This document shows positions 24,258-37,699 of a stretch of DNA of 64,000 nucleotides, one piece after another (the stretch's first letter is position 1; each line of letters begins with the position of its first letter). The notes beneath the pieces are model-generated. The model ran no database searches, had not been told where the DNA came from, and saw only the letters and a list, made by a program, of their open reading frames with translations. Origin of the DNA: Psammoneis japonica (Eukaryota); contig QPGO01000084.1 of assembly GCA_008632985.1 (NCBI GenBank), positions 1-64,000 of the forward strand. The letters are read 5' to 3'. A program made the translations under genes and the position numbers.

Positions 24258-27200
24258 ATGACCGCGGGGAAGGTTGTTGAAAGTTCCGCTTCGATGCGGC
24301 TCTTGCAGTCGTTTATGCTGAGTTTCGTGGTATTCGGAAGTCTCTTTTATCACAAAGATACTCTCAAGGTGCGTATTTTATTATATCATGGCCACTGTTA
24401 TCACATCTTTTCCATTGGTCGGTGGCTCGCGTTGTCACTTCACAAGTATAATCTCACTGCTCCGCTGCAAAATATATTATTCTATAGACAAAGCTGTTTT
24501 CCTATGATGATGCTGCAAGTTCTACTCTCCGCCCTGGTCGCAACCTCAAGCAACTAGACTCTGTACCTATTGTTCTGATATCCAATCGAGTCGATGGTAT
24601 TCTTACCTCCGTTGGGAGCATTGTCGAATCATCGCATGCACCAGTTGACCTCTTGTTGATTGGAGACCCCAAAATCAACGAGAAAGTCCGTCAGCACTTC
24701 GGTTCTCGTCTAGGCTCCTTTGTTTCTATGACCTTGGAGGATATTACTGATGACCTTGTGTCTCAAGGTCAAAAGCCAATATGGACCTGGAATGAATGGC
24801 ACTCTTCGAGCTCTCCAAATTGGAAGAACAACAATACCATTCATGTTGCCGACTGGGATGATTTGCATACCCATGACCACGAGTTAAATCATGTGCGGTT
24901 TTACATACCTCACTTGAGTCTGTTGAAAGACTTGGAAGCGGTCTATTTCATCGACGATGATATCCTGGTGCAGAAGGACCTTAGCAACTTAATGAAGACT
25001 ACCATCGAAAAGCTAGATTCTTCCAAGGGACTTGTTACTCCTTGCAACGTTTGGCAGTGGTCGGAGGATTGCCACATCTTTGAATTCCACAGTCAGCTTG
25101 AGACTATCCTAGAGACCCCACCTCTCTATGGGCGAGAGCCAGTCTGCAAGAGTGCAGAAGAAGTGCAATGTGTTCCAGAAAACTACGAAGATTTCCTTGA
25201 CAACGTCATTCCTCAAGGAGGCAAGAATCAGCTCGCCTGGAATTTTGGTTTCTCTCTATTTGACTTTGAGAACTGGAAGGAGCTCCAGTTAACCAATAAG
25301 TACGAACAAGTCATGAAGGAATCCTACAAGATGCATGTCTTTCCAGAAACTTCGCTTGCCTTTGGGCTTGGAGTGGCGTACATTGCGTTTGCTGGAGCGG
25401 TTGAGTGCTGGGCAGAAGATTCATTCAAGGTTCGAGACGGGTTCGGTTTTATTGATTGGGAGAGGTATCAAGCCACATTTGGGGGTGATTTTTTCTCCTC
25501 CGTTGACGTAGTCCACTACACCGGCCCCAAAAAGCCCTTTGCTCCTTATTCTACTATTGAAGCTGTTTCCATGCAGCCGTGGCTAGATATGATGGAGCAC
25601 GAGAATTTGACGGTGCCTTCTCAGCTTCCAGAAGAGCCAACGAAGAACGTGTTTAGCATTCTTACTTCACACGACTCTGGCTCGGAAATGCTCATGCAGT
25701 TGCTAGACCAGCATCCTCAACTCTGTGCTTCAGGTGAAGGCAGCAGGCCAGAAACAGGTTTTCCTACGGAGTCGCTGACTTTCTACGGCGCACCATGGCA
25801 TCCTCAATGCTCTGTTAAAATTGGTTGTACTTTTCGGTTTATTCGAGACAACGTAAGGGAGCTAACGGCTGATATGGTTTCCAAGGACGAGGTTCCTCCT
25901 CGATGCGCCGCCAATTATGATGCAGGCGATGATGATCTTGTTGATCATCTTGAAAGGCTTTGCAAATTTATTAGCCAGCTGGGTGGCGACTACACCGTCG
26001 AAGCAATTATCCGTTTATGGGTCGACGCCTTCGTTGAAGAGGACCACGACCTTCTTGGATGCGGATGCCCAAGAGGATCGTACATGAAGGGGATGAGCAT
26101 CAAGGCTGATGACATTGCTAGCGGGCTCTATCTGAGTCCAAGCATTCCGAATCTGCACGAGACCCAGTTTCGTGGATCCAAGGTTATTCGTCTCAAGCGC
26201 CAGAATCTTTGGGCCCGGTACAAGTTGTACCTCACCCACGCCAACAATGAAGGCAAGCTTCATGTTGCGACTAACGAAATGTTAAGCCACTTGCGCTGGA
26301 TGCAGAAGATCGACAAGTCGGGTGACGAGTGGGCAGAGAAGCATGGATCAGAAGTTCTAAATGTCGAGTATGATGACCTACTGAACGATCCTTCTGCGAT
26401 CCTGGAGGACGTCGCCAATTTTTTGGGTGTGGATTCATCAAAATACGAGTTGACCAAAAAGGACTATTCACTTCTGCCTACCAATGCAGATGTTGATGAT
26501 ACCTTTGATGACATTGAAAACAAGGATGAGGTTGTCGAAGCGCTTCTATCGAACGGCATGGGCAAGGATGCTGGACTTGGTGAAGAGTACAATGAGATAC
26601 AGCTTCTTGTGTACGAAACAGACCCGATCCGTAAATCAAGGAGCATTGACCTGGTCCGCCACGCGTCGCAGCTGGCAGGCATCAACGTTGTAGTCTTTGG
26701 ACAAGACCAGGAATTTGCGGGCTATGGTTCCAAGTATTCAGCTGTTATTCCAAAATTGAAGAATATTCCCGCGAAAAGTCTAGTTGTGCTCCTAGATGGT
26801 CGTGATGTTCATTTGAACGTTCACTCCAGCAAGGAGCATCTCTACTCTGCTTTGGCTGACTTCCGAAAGAAATACCATGATTATACCCACGATCATCCTG
26901 GTGCCGTGATTGTTTCGGCAGAGTCAGAGTGCTGCGTTACGGCGTTGTCTCGCGCTGCGCCTGGAGATTTCTTCAACGACGACGGGAGCCGCAACAAGCA
27001 TACGTGTGCATTTGACAACCCAGGCTGCACTTGGGGTGGAGACGACAAAGCCTTTCCATGGAAAGATTTACAGGAAATGCGTGCTGACGATGAAATGGGA
27101 GAAGGTCATGGAGTTCAAGATATCTACCTTAATGCAGGCTTGATGGCAGGAATGGCTGGGGATCTCATGGAGCTAGTCAAAAAAGCATCCATTGATGAGT

Positions 27201-28957
27201 ATGAAGATGATCAAGCAGTTTTGACGGACTTTATGATCCACAACCCCAATTCAATTGTTTTGGATTATCGTCAGGAAATGTTTGGAAGCAATAGGTTCAG
27301 TCGAGGCATGTCAGATGGTGGTTGCATGTTTGTTTCGGACAAAGCGAATGAAGCCGGCCAGCGTTTAGTGCACCCCGAGACAAAGACAAGACCTCTGTTT
27401 CTCCATAGCTATGGCGACTTCTTCGAATGCCACGATGCCATTGCTAAGGCACTTGGAATCAAAACAAGGGAGTGGTTAGGGTCGGAACGAAGGCTCGCAA
27501 TAGAGCAGAGTCGACCTGAACCTCAAAATGAAGACTTCGTGGGCGTCAACTTGGATCAGGCAGGCCAGCGTACACTAAAGGGGGGCGGTGGCGTCCCTGG
27601 AGGCAGACTCGATAACACGCGCCTATTCAGTCACAAGCTTCAGTATGCTGGATATTCGAGAGCGGGATCAGACCGGGCCCTTGATGGGAAGGAACTCCCA
27701 GGCGGTGCACTGGTTAATACGCATATATTCAGTCACAAGCTTCAGTATACTGGATATTCGCGAGCGGGATCAGACCGGGCCCTTGCAGGGCAAGAGCTTA
27801 GCCATCCTATACATTCGGCAGTGGAGTCGCCGATTACGGACATTGGCGGCCGCAAACTCAACCCTGCCTTTGATGGCACCTCCAAGGCAGGTATTGGAGA
27901 GTACAGCGACCACTACCTCGACGCAGGAAACTTGATGCTCCTCAAGTGGGATGCAAATGGTACTCTCGCAATAAACCAAATGGAAGACACTATTTCATCG
28001 CTGTATGATCATTTTCGGAAAGGGTTGTTCGCCAATGTCCTTAAGTACGTGAATCATACCAAGCCATCTCCTAGAGGGCGGGTTGCCCTCTTGCTCAACT
28101 CAGATGTAACACACTTGTTGGACTGGAACAGAACACCTCCAGTTCCCGTCCTTTCATACTCGCAGCCACAAATAGCTGCAAACAAGCATAACTTCTTGTT
28201 GCTTCCGAATCCTTATGACGCTAGCAATCTGAATGAAGATTGTGTCAATAACGCGTCCTCGGTGACCTTGTCATTTGGGGAGAAGATAAACAAGGTTATG
28301 TGGCGCGGTTCACTTCACGGAGATGATCCAGAGCCGGCACGCTTGAAGGTACTCGAGATGGCAACGAATGAGTCGACGAACACATGGCTAGACGCTAAGG
28401 AGTCGAAGAATAGCTTCAGGACAATTCAGGAGATGGCTCATTACCGATATCAACTGGAGCTTTACGGAGTTTCGGGCACAACGTGGGGAGGCTTGCGCTG
28501 GAAGATGTGTGGCGGAATGCTGGTGTTCAAAGTAGATTCTCCGACTAAAGCCAAGGGTAAGAAACAGGATGAACTTGGATGTTATCTAACACCGGTCGCT
28601 GACGATCGTTGCGTTAAGAAAGTTTTGTAACTCACCATTTGCTTGTTTTCCTTAACTTTTCATTTCGCAGATTGGTGGCACGACGAACTCGTTCCATGGA
28701 AGCATTATGTTCCCATCAGGCAAGACTTGAGCGACTTGTATGAGAAATGGATATGGGCTGAGAACAACCCGAACGCTGCGAAGAGCATTGCTGAAACCGG
28801 TTCTGAGCAATGCTTAGTGAGCATGAAGAAAGAGAACGTTGCTGCACGGTTCCAGAGTGTCTTGAATTCAATCCCCGAAGCAACCGAAGAACAAATTCTT
28901 GAAACCAATGCAATTTTGGATGGGTTTGTGGATGCGGTCAAACTGGTTGGACTGTGA
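24258..28957 (+). CDS. Multidomain glycan-modifying protein: GT8-like + sulfotransferase-like + PLOD-like GT + CAP10/GT90; introns 24369-24487 and 28557-28670
   Basis: N-terminal TM. GT8-like: NHVRFYIP..FIDDDILVQ..HYTGPKKP. Sulfotransferase-like: SGSEMLMQLLDQHP and IRLKRQN. PLOD-like: GYGSKY..DGRDV..SAE..YLNAG. GT90: WRGS..YRYQ..WWHDELVPWKHYVPI. Confidence 0.85.
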
Positions 28958-29099
28958 AACAGCAGCCCTGTTGTAAGATAGCGTGTTTTCTGCCATTTTC
29001 ATAGAAAAGAGACATTGCTGGTGTAGTGTATAAAATAACAAATTTTGATGAATGAATTAAAAACGCTATTCAGCAACGCTTAGGTACTTGGTCGAAGTG

Positions 29100-30837
29100 A
29101 GGTCGGTGAGATTGTCTTGTCCAGAGGATTGGGCGTCATTGGGATAGTAATGCTGCTTGCACTCATAGCTGCGCCAAAGCTACGCAGACTACGAAAACAT
29201 CGAAAAGTTTTTCTTATCTCTTTTTGGTGTTGGATTGGGAGTACCTGAATCATCGCAAGGGATGCTCAGATCCTCAACTCCTGCCTGGTTGCTCGAAGTA
29301 CCTGTACCGGTGGAAGACGTAGTTGACGGTGCCAGCGTTGGTGCTGGTGTCGGATTCAATGTCGGCTTTGGTGTAGAGGTCCCAGTAAGCAATGGCGTGG
29401 GTGCTATCGTCAGTGCAGAAGGAGGTGTCGGTGTCGGTGTCGGAACTTAAGTACCTGAACCGATGGGCGGAGGAGGGATTATCAACTCCACAACTCCTGC
29501 CGGTCCCTTCGAAAACTTGATTGGATTGCTTGCGCGTAGGCACGACTTGAGCTTAAACGAGATGGTTAGCGAGCCCAAACATTCCAAATGTTGAGCTTAC
29601 ATTTTAAGAAAATCAAATGTCGATGTATCCCCCTGCCCAACAAAGTTTTCAACACCAACAAGGTGACATCGTATCCATCCCGTTACAAGCGAGCGATACC
29701 GATAGGGGATAATAGAAAAATGGAGCCACACCGATCTGTTCGATTTCTACAGATACATCAACCAAATCATTCTGACTCACAGTGACTTCCATCCTGCTAA
29801 CAAGAAATGAATAACCCATGTGGTTGCTTGCGGCCTTGGCTCTCACCAAATCATTGTACTCGTATCCCGGAAAATTCGAATCAAAAGCGTAGTTCCCACG
29901 CATGTAGGTAGAGCATGTGTGGTGTCAACGCAGCAAGTAAATTCTTGTTGGTATTCATCATACGGATTGGGAAAGGTATCTGAAAAGGCAATCTTTTGTA
30001 GGGGAGGAGCTAGCTCGCCACCCATGACGTTGTCTCTCCAAAAGTCGGTGGCATCGGTGAGTTCTACCGTCGGCCAAAACCAATACGACGCTCCCGTCCT
30101 GTTTGATAATGTGAAGCGCGCAAAGGAGTCGTCGTGAAAGCCAATGCGACCCTTTTTAGCATCCACTGGATACCTAATCTGCAAGTGCGTAGTTTGAAAC
30201 GCAGATTGGTAGCACGATACGACTGCGTTGGAAGGTATGCCACTACCCCCAGTACCCCAACAAACCGGCTGGAACGAACGCCAACGAGGATCACCGTTGT
30301 ACTGCTCACCAATTGCTGCAGAGCTGCAAGAAGCAATGGGCTTGCGTAGTCAGGAGATTGGCCGCCGCCATACGTGCCGTAATTTTGGAGCCCGAGCCCA
30401 TTGTCAATGAGAAACTGAGGCACGCAGTTTCAAGTTGCCTCTTTTGGGGTAGTTTAGAATGAATCTTAGAATGACGTGCCTGTTCCTATTCAAATACCCT
30501 ACAAACAGAATGAGAACATTTGGTGCAAGCGCAGCAGTTTCATATGAGCAACGCACTACGCACTCACTCCAATCAAAGGCGTTGTTACCCGTCATGGTGG
30601 TGTTTAGCCCAACGTTGTAGAATTCTGGAGAAGAAGGAATATCCGTGCGCTCCTTTGCTGGATCAGCCCAGACCGGGCTTGTCAAAAAGCCTTTGAACGG
30701 ATTTCGGATTGCCTGGCGGCGGCGTCTGAGGCAAATCCGCGGACGTCAAAACGTAAAACGTGATGAGGCCGCGCAAAGATACGACCGACACAAAGAATCA
30801 AGGTCGACGCAACGTGGCGGTACAACATCTTGGTCAT
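29100..30837 (-). pseudogene. Secreted DUF4832-like glycoside-hydrolase-related protein with a Pro/Thr tail, frameshifted
   Basis: Signal peptide; HVILRFILNYP, SPDY, IGFHDDSFA, MGGE..P, HMGY and GVAPFxY motifs split across frames. Confidence 0.65.
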
Positions 30838-31095
30838 GGCGTTTGGCTTCAGTTGCCGATCCAAAAATTGCAATCTAAATTGTTCGAGGTGCCGGTACAC
30901 AAAGACACGTCGTCTCATTTCTTTTCTTTTTTTGCGCGCGAGTTGAAGAACGGCATTTGGTGTCGGGTTGAGCAGTACGGGCGCAGATGTGACGCACGAA
31001 AAAATTTTGAGGGACATCCACGACTAAAACTCGTTTTTGCGTGCCTCCACTCCGTACTTTTGCACATCACTTCACGATACCTCGACACATCGACG

Positions 31096-32150
31096 ATGGG
31101 AATTAGCGACCTGTGGGTCAAAGCCCTCGGCAATGTCAACAAAGTACAGTCTGCATCATTTTCTGAGGCCAGTGGAAAAAGAATTGGGATCGATGTGTCG
31201 ATGTGGCTTCATTAAACATGCCACAAAGATGCCACCGCTCAGTGCCTCCTGTCACAGCCACCGCATCCACCAAAGAGTTTGTTGGCAGTGCTTAAGTCCA
31301 TGCATAATAAGCTTGTCTCAGCTGGGGTATCTCCTGTGATTTTTTTGATGGGGCAAGGCATCCAATGAAGAGTGCAGCGAGGACCACTTGAAACAACAAG
31401 ATGGCGAAAGCAGAGGCATGGATGGACGACTGCACAAAGAAAGGCAAAGCAGGTGACGTGATTGCTGAGGTCGACCGACACCAATCATTACAAAGAGTAA
31501 GAGATTTGTCTAATCCTTCACCCGACATTGTTGCTTGTGTGGTCAAAGAATGGATGATTGGCAATGGAATCCAATGTGAATGCGCTCCGTGTGAGGCCGA
31601 GCACCAACTCGTCAAAATGGAGGCAGACGGTCGCATCGATGGTGTCATGATGGAGGACGGTGACGCCATTGTTCTGGGGGCTAAGGTTGTCCATTTTAAG
31701 GTTGACATGCGGTTTGGCACATGGAAAGTGCACGAAAGGGACTCGTTGCCCGCTCATTGTCCCATCGGCGCGCTTGTGACTTCAAACACTGGGCGGCAAC
31801 AGCAAATCTTCTTGGCTCCGACCACAACCAATGAACAGAAAACATGGGGTTCTCAAGAATCTTCAAGAGCATCCTTCCGAGGCTTGCTGGCACAGATTGG
31901 CCTGGGGACACTGCAGCCAGAGTGGTTGAGAAAGCGTTTCGACGGGCTGCAATCCCAGCGGGCTGTGCAAAGAACTTTGACAAAGCTGCAGCGCTGTCCA
32001 TGCACTGCCCGGTCCTTGACAATGATGACAATCTGGTTCCACTGAATCCATTGGAAGGAAATGCAGGAGACTGTCCTGGTCTGTCTTGGGGAGGTGTCAT
32101 TGGCTTCAATCTTCTTGAGCTGCTCCCCGATGTTGTCACAGTGAGCCATT
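31096..32150 (+). pseudogene. XPG/Exo1/FEN1-family 5' nuclease, decayed
   Basis: MGISDLW..GKRIGIDVSMWLH, a PV..FDG-like segment, APCEAEHQL (family APYEA), EDGDAIVLG. Confidence 0.8.
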
Positions 32151-33629
32151 GATTGAGAAATTTTCGGCTCCTCTGTACAATGCATCTGAGAATGAGAAAT
32201 TTGTTGGGAAGGAGCCACCTTCACATGCTTGGCTTAATTTTGAAACCCTGCCCATTCCATGTGTGCAAACAAATGGCCAATTTGGCAAGATTCCCTGTTT
32301 GCACAATTTCATTTCTCCACACACAAACCAGCTCATAATTTTCACGTCAACACAGTTGCAAAACATCTGCATTTTTCTTGCCTGTTGCATGCATGGGGCA
32401 ATTCTTCCATTTTGGTCTCAACAGTGCATCTCCCTCTCCCAACCACTCCCTGAGTGACAATGGTGCCTCCACCTCCCTTGATGCATTGGGGCCTCTCCAC
32501 CATTCCCTTGGTTCAAGCACCAAAGGGTCAATGTCCCTGTCTCTCCAGAATGGCAATTTGTTGCACCATTTTCCATTTCATCCCTCTGGCAATCAATCCT
32601 CCACCCAGGGTGACATGTGCCATTTTGGCAGTGCAGCAACCACAATCATGTGCAGAAGTGCACTGGCTTCATGTGCTTTGTCACATGCCCCTCTCCCTTG
32701 ACCGCATCATCTTCTTCTTTGTTTGGCTGTGCTCTCATTGTGTCGTCAGAGAGCTTGCTGACAGAAACATCTTCTGACAGGCCTTTTCATTTCCATGTCT
32801 TTGTCAGCAGCTCTCAGAGCCAGGCAATGAGGAGGTCTGGGTTCCAATGGGTGCAGCATGTGATGTTGCAATCCAAAGGATTGCCCTGAAAAACTGCCCA
32901 GTGGTCAAAAACAGAATGCACCATGGCTTGTCCTTGTGCAAAGGTTTGAAGATCAGTCTCTGGCACAGAACCATGCAGGACAGGAATGAAGCCTTTGACA
33001 ACATGAAGTGTTGACCCCAGTGTCAGTTTGCGTTGAATGACACATCCTCTTCATTTGGTCAAAAGACGTGGTTGAGTGGCATCCACAATTTCACCGGGGA
33101 GCTGGACTTGCAATCTGTGTGCCAGCTCCATGAGTCACAGAGTTGCAGCAAGAAGTGATGAATGAATGGCACACCTCAAGGTTGGGATCATCTGACCACT
33201 GCCATGATGAATGGGTTTGTCTGCCAAAACTGCATCTAGAGTCTTGATTTTGGCACCTCGGACTCGCTTTTCACACAAGGGAACATCCCATGTTGCCCAA
33301 TGGAACCTTGAACAATGATGTTGGAACAACACAAGCTCAACATTGAGATTTTTTGCAATGCTTTGGCAGTTCAGTCTTGCACATGAAAGCGCTCCCCAAG
33401 CAAATGGCGGTCAAACCACATGTGCAAAATCCCTGCAGGTTGGGTTGCACAATGTCCAGAATGACCCACAGCTTGTCATGTGATCTTCTTGTGAGGCCAA
33501 CCTTGTTGGTCTCCACTTCATCAATTGCTGGACCCTTCTTGTTGGACGCAGCAGAGCCGAGCCCTCCTCTCGTCAGGCTCTGCAAGTCCAAGTGCACAGG
33601 GCGCACACCACTTGCAAAACTGCTTCATG

Positions 33630-33950
33630 TTGACAGCGCACAAGAGCTGGACTTGGAACTTGACAAAACAACTCTGGAGTGACTTTCATGGAATGATTGT
33701 GGAGTTCTGTTGTGTGTTTGAGTCATCTGTTGTGATGCGCCCTTGCAGTTGAGCATCGATCTCATGGTTTGGCGTCTCATTCTCGTGGTTGGGTGCACAG
33801 GAACCTCTTCACATTGACAGTGCACGAGAGCTGGATGTGGAACTCAACAAAATGACCTGGAATGACTTTTGTGGAGCGGAACGATTGTGGAGTGCTGTTG
33901 TGCATTTGAATCATCTGTCAATGTGTCCTTGCAGTTGAGCGTCGATCTCG
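33630..33950 (+). repeat. Imperfect direct repeat, ~185-bp period
   Basis: gagctgga..tggaact..acaaaa...gattgtggagt.ctgttgtg..tttga.tcatctgt...ccttgcagttgagc.tcgatctc occurs twice. Confidence 0.75.
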
Positions 33951-34217
33951 CGGTGATGCGCGCTCCTGGTGCAACGTGAGACTCCTCATGTGGAAATCTG
34001 CAAATCTGGGGGGGGGGGGCGTCTTTGTGAGATTGTCAAAGGCGGTTTGATTGCCAGTGTGGCCAGATGAACAGGGATGAACTGACAGAAAAAGAACACA
34101 ATGTGCATCAAAGTGCAAGACATGCGGCCACGGGCATCGCTGCAAATTGTGATCGTGACACAGAATCTCTGCCCCAATGTGCAGGGCAGTCAACCAGAGC
34201 TGACACACTGAGTGATT

Positions 34218-36529
34218 TCAAGGGGAGGTGCTGTGTTCGTGGCGTCCCAGGCACGCATCCGTTTGCATGGCTTGGACTTCTGTCAAGGCTTTCGCCGCCG
34301 TGATGCGACTCTCCACATCAAAGACAAGCACGTGCTTGCACAGGTCAACAAGGGGCTTCCAGTCCTCATCATCATTGTGAAGATCTTTGAGAATCTCAAG
34401 CAATGCTTGCTCACTGACACGAGCTTTTAGTTTTTCGCCTCCTGTCATGAGCTCATAGAAGACTGCCCCCAGAGACCACACGTCTGCAGCGTGCTTGCAG
34501 TCACAGGAAAGAAAGACTTCAGGCGCCTGCAGGTGCGGACGAAGAAGCAAGCTGGTGAGAAGAGAATCCACGTGCTGCACAGTTCAGTTTCACATTGCGT
34601 CACTCTAGAAACAACCCACCATGTGTCCAAAGGTTCCTCTTTGCTTGGTGTTCCCTTTGTCTGAGGGCACCTTTGCCTCTTCGAAATCGGCAAGTTTGCA
34701 TGTGCCGTCCTTGATGAGAATGTTCTTCGGCTTCAAATCGCGATGCATGATTCCCGCTTCGTGGCACTTCACCACTCCAGTCAAGCAACCACACATGACC
34801 TCCTTTACCCACGCGATGTGTTCTTTCTTGGAAATGATGTCATTTTCTAGATTTTCCCGCATCTCATTGATCTTGTCAGAGAGATCGCAATCACAGCGTT
34901 CCACAATGAGACTCGTCAAGTGCAAATTGAATTCTTCGATGCGCTTGAGACTGTGCGCGCACACGGTCGCCACATTCTCCTCATGGTGCACTAAAGTGTG
35001 GCATTGTAAGGACTGGCAAAAACCATCAACAACTTGGTTCTCCTTGGTTTCCTTGATCTTCACCGCCACTTCATGTTCCGGGTGTGTTCAGCAGGGTGAG
35101 CCGCAAAGGCGGCACCAAATGTTCCTGCGCCAAGGAAGGCGTGAAGATTGAAATTCTCCAACTGCCACCGATCGCCGTAGAGGCTCACTTGCAATGGAGT
35201 TTCCGCTTCGGTCATCTCCCTTGTGTCCGGATCAGTGGTCGCATTCAGGCCGTCCGTGATGCTTTGTCTCAAAAGGTCGTTGGTGCAGTCGTGTTTGTGA
35301 CGAACGCTTCCATGAGAGGACGGATCTCCTTGTTTTGGGCCATGTCATTGTAGTCAAAGACACATGGCTTTCCCGAGTCGATGAATTCTTGACCGTGAAA
35401 GAGAGATCCCGGATGCTGTGTGGCTTTGACTGATGCTTCCACAACAGAAGCAGGGGACATGTTGCCAGATGTGGCGCCGACTTCTTGGTGGATCGGTGCA
35501 AACTGGCAGTCGGGATGATCTGCAAGGAGTTGGCCCGTCATTGCTTCAATGAAAGCCTGCTCCAAATTGCATCCTGGGCATTTCTCATCTAGATCTTGCA
35601 ACAAACGGCAGAGATTTCGAGTCGACGGATCATGCACAATGGAAAGCATCTGCTTCATAAAGACGTCAGACAATGCAATGACACTGTCGGCGGTGGCCTC
35701 GGCGGCCACGTCGTCGTTGCTTGTCGCCGTGTCGGGGGCTTTGTTGGCGCACATGTCGGCCTTGGGGATGCCACAAAGAAAAAAGAAAACAAGGTCTTCT
35801 GGCATCTTGGTGACGCTGGGGCAATGCAAACACATTTTCCTGTCAGCCGCCTTGACCAAATTCGGGAAGGGTTTGGCTTCGTCACTCTTAAAGTGCTCGA
35901 CAAAAGCCTTCAAAGCAGTCAACCCACTTGCAGGCGATGTCCTTGCCGACACCCATGATGTGAGCGAGGACACATGTGCGGGTGTTGCGGCGGGCAACAG
36001 CCTTGTCGAAGAGTTTTGTGGCACCTTGGAGTGTGGACAACGCTTCCTGATGATGTTCCTTGCCACACACGCAGGGAATGACAGACCGAAGCAAGCAGAT
36101 GGAAACAGCGCTCCTGTGCTCCAGTGCAATGCTGCTCAAATGACAAAGATGACAGAGAGCAAAAAGGAGGTCCGTCAAGCAGGCTTGAGCATCTTTGGGC
36201 ATCCATCGTTTTGAAGGGGGGACGACTGCCCACTTGAGCACTTTGGCCACATTCCGTTCCGAGGGAGAGGGCTGGGACATCCGGGAAAAGTCGCTCAGCT
36301 TTTCTTTCATAAATTCTCCGAAAGAAGTTGAAAGGAGAGAGTCAATTCGACCTTTCTTGAGGGAATGATGTGACTTTTCTTTGTTCGCGAAGTCGCCTTT
36401 GCCATCGGACGTCATGCATTGAACGAGTTCACCATTGCATTCAGTGATGCCCTCCGCCTTGGGTGCTTTCTCTGGGTTCTGGATCATGGGGTTCTTGATG
36501 CTGGGAGTTTCGACTCTCTTTCCGCTCAT
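34218..36529 (-). pseudogene. Ser/Thr protein kinase with long N-terminal region, intron 34527-34619
   Basis: LGAGTFG, VAVK, HRDLKPKNIL, LADF, GTFGHM|APE and DVWSLG motifs; a few frameshifts. Confidence 0.85.
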
Positions 36530-37699
36530 GGCAGGCGTGAGTTGTTTGGAAGTGACAGCAAGAACGGCAAGAGACAGCAGACAGCAATGCACTTGATTTG
36601 ATTGTGTTGCGAGTTGCGTTTTATGACGTGGCGGAGAGGGCGAGTTTTACATTGCATGCAAGCGCAATGGAATCTCCAAAATTCTTCCCGGAATGGGCGA
36701 TTTTCAAGGGACATTTTTCTGATTTCAACATAATTTCTGGTCACGCCTCGCATTGCTTTTTGTCACACATTTTTTTAAAAAGGATGAAAAATGTTTTTTT
36801 TCGTTTTTTTATCAGTTGTGACGCAATCATGGAAAAAATGCCCACATCGAATTCTGCACCGTTAGCGAACTTTTATTGCTGAATGCACCGATGTGGCTGG
36901 AATTGATTTTTAGAAATTTGGAGTAGATTTCTGCGTGCTAAGTTGAAGTTCATTTTGTTGGACTCCTCTCCTGTCATCAAAGATGTTCAATGTCAATGTC
37001 AATCCTCTCATGTTGTTGTGTGAATGGTGTTGTGAACGAGAAACAAAAGTGGTGTGAATCATCATCACCTTGTCGGATGCTTCTTCTGCTGTTCACGAGT
37101 TCCCAGCCAACAACAACAAAAGCGACAAGAAAAAAAAAAAAGAGAATGAGCAAAATGCCATTTGCGTCGGGGAACAACAAGCCACACAAAAATCAAATGG
37201 GATGGTGTGCAATGTGGCTGATGCTGCTGCTTCCCAAGGATCACCAATCACTGGTTCGGCAACTCACCAGGAATGAACTGACGCTGTGTTTGGACCATTG
37301 TTTTTCCCTTCAAACTTCGACTCGGATCATTCTCCACCACGACGGGGAACGGGGCCATCCAATGTTGCTCACTGTGTCTCGTGTGAGGCTCAAATCCTGC
37401 CGCGCTCTTCTTCTGCAAAACACAGCGATGATGACCACAAAGTTGGTGTTGCGCTGTCCAAACTTGCCTTGGGGCTTTGTGCGAAGCAAGCAGCTGTGGG
37501 ATCGGGAGCACACGCCGCAGGTGTCAAGGAGGGTCCATGCTGGTGGATGTCAATGGGGTTGGAATGTTGGCAGAACCATCCAAGCAAGCTTTGGGACGAA
37601 TGTGGCAATGCGGAGGAATCCCCGACAATGCAGGCGCAGACAGCAAAGAAGACTTTCTGATCAAGTTTCTGACACTCATCAAGGATGGCACAGTGATCA

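Noticed and set aside
34218..36529. Alternative genetic code, or contaminating DNA from a TA-avoiding organism
   Set aside because: The depletion covers introns and non-coding DNA, changes mid-gene at 31.5 kb, and Tyr is replaced by both Cys and His.
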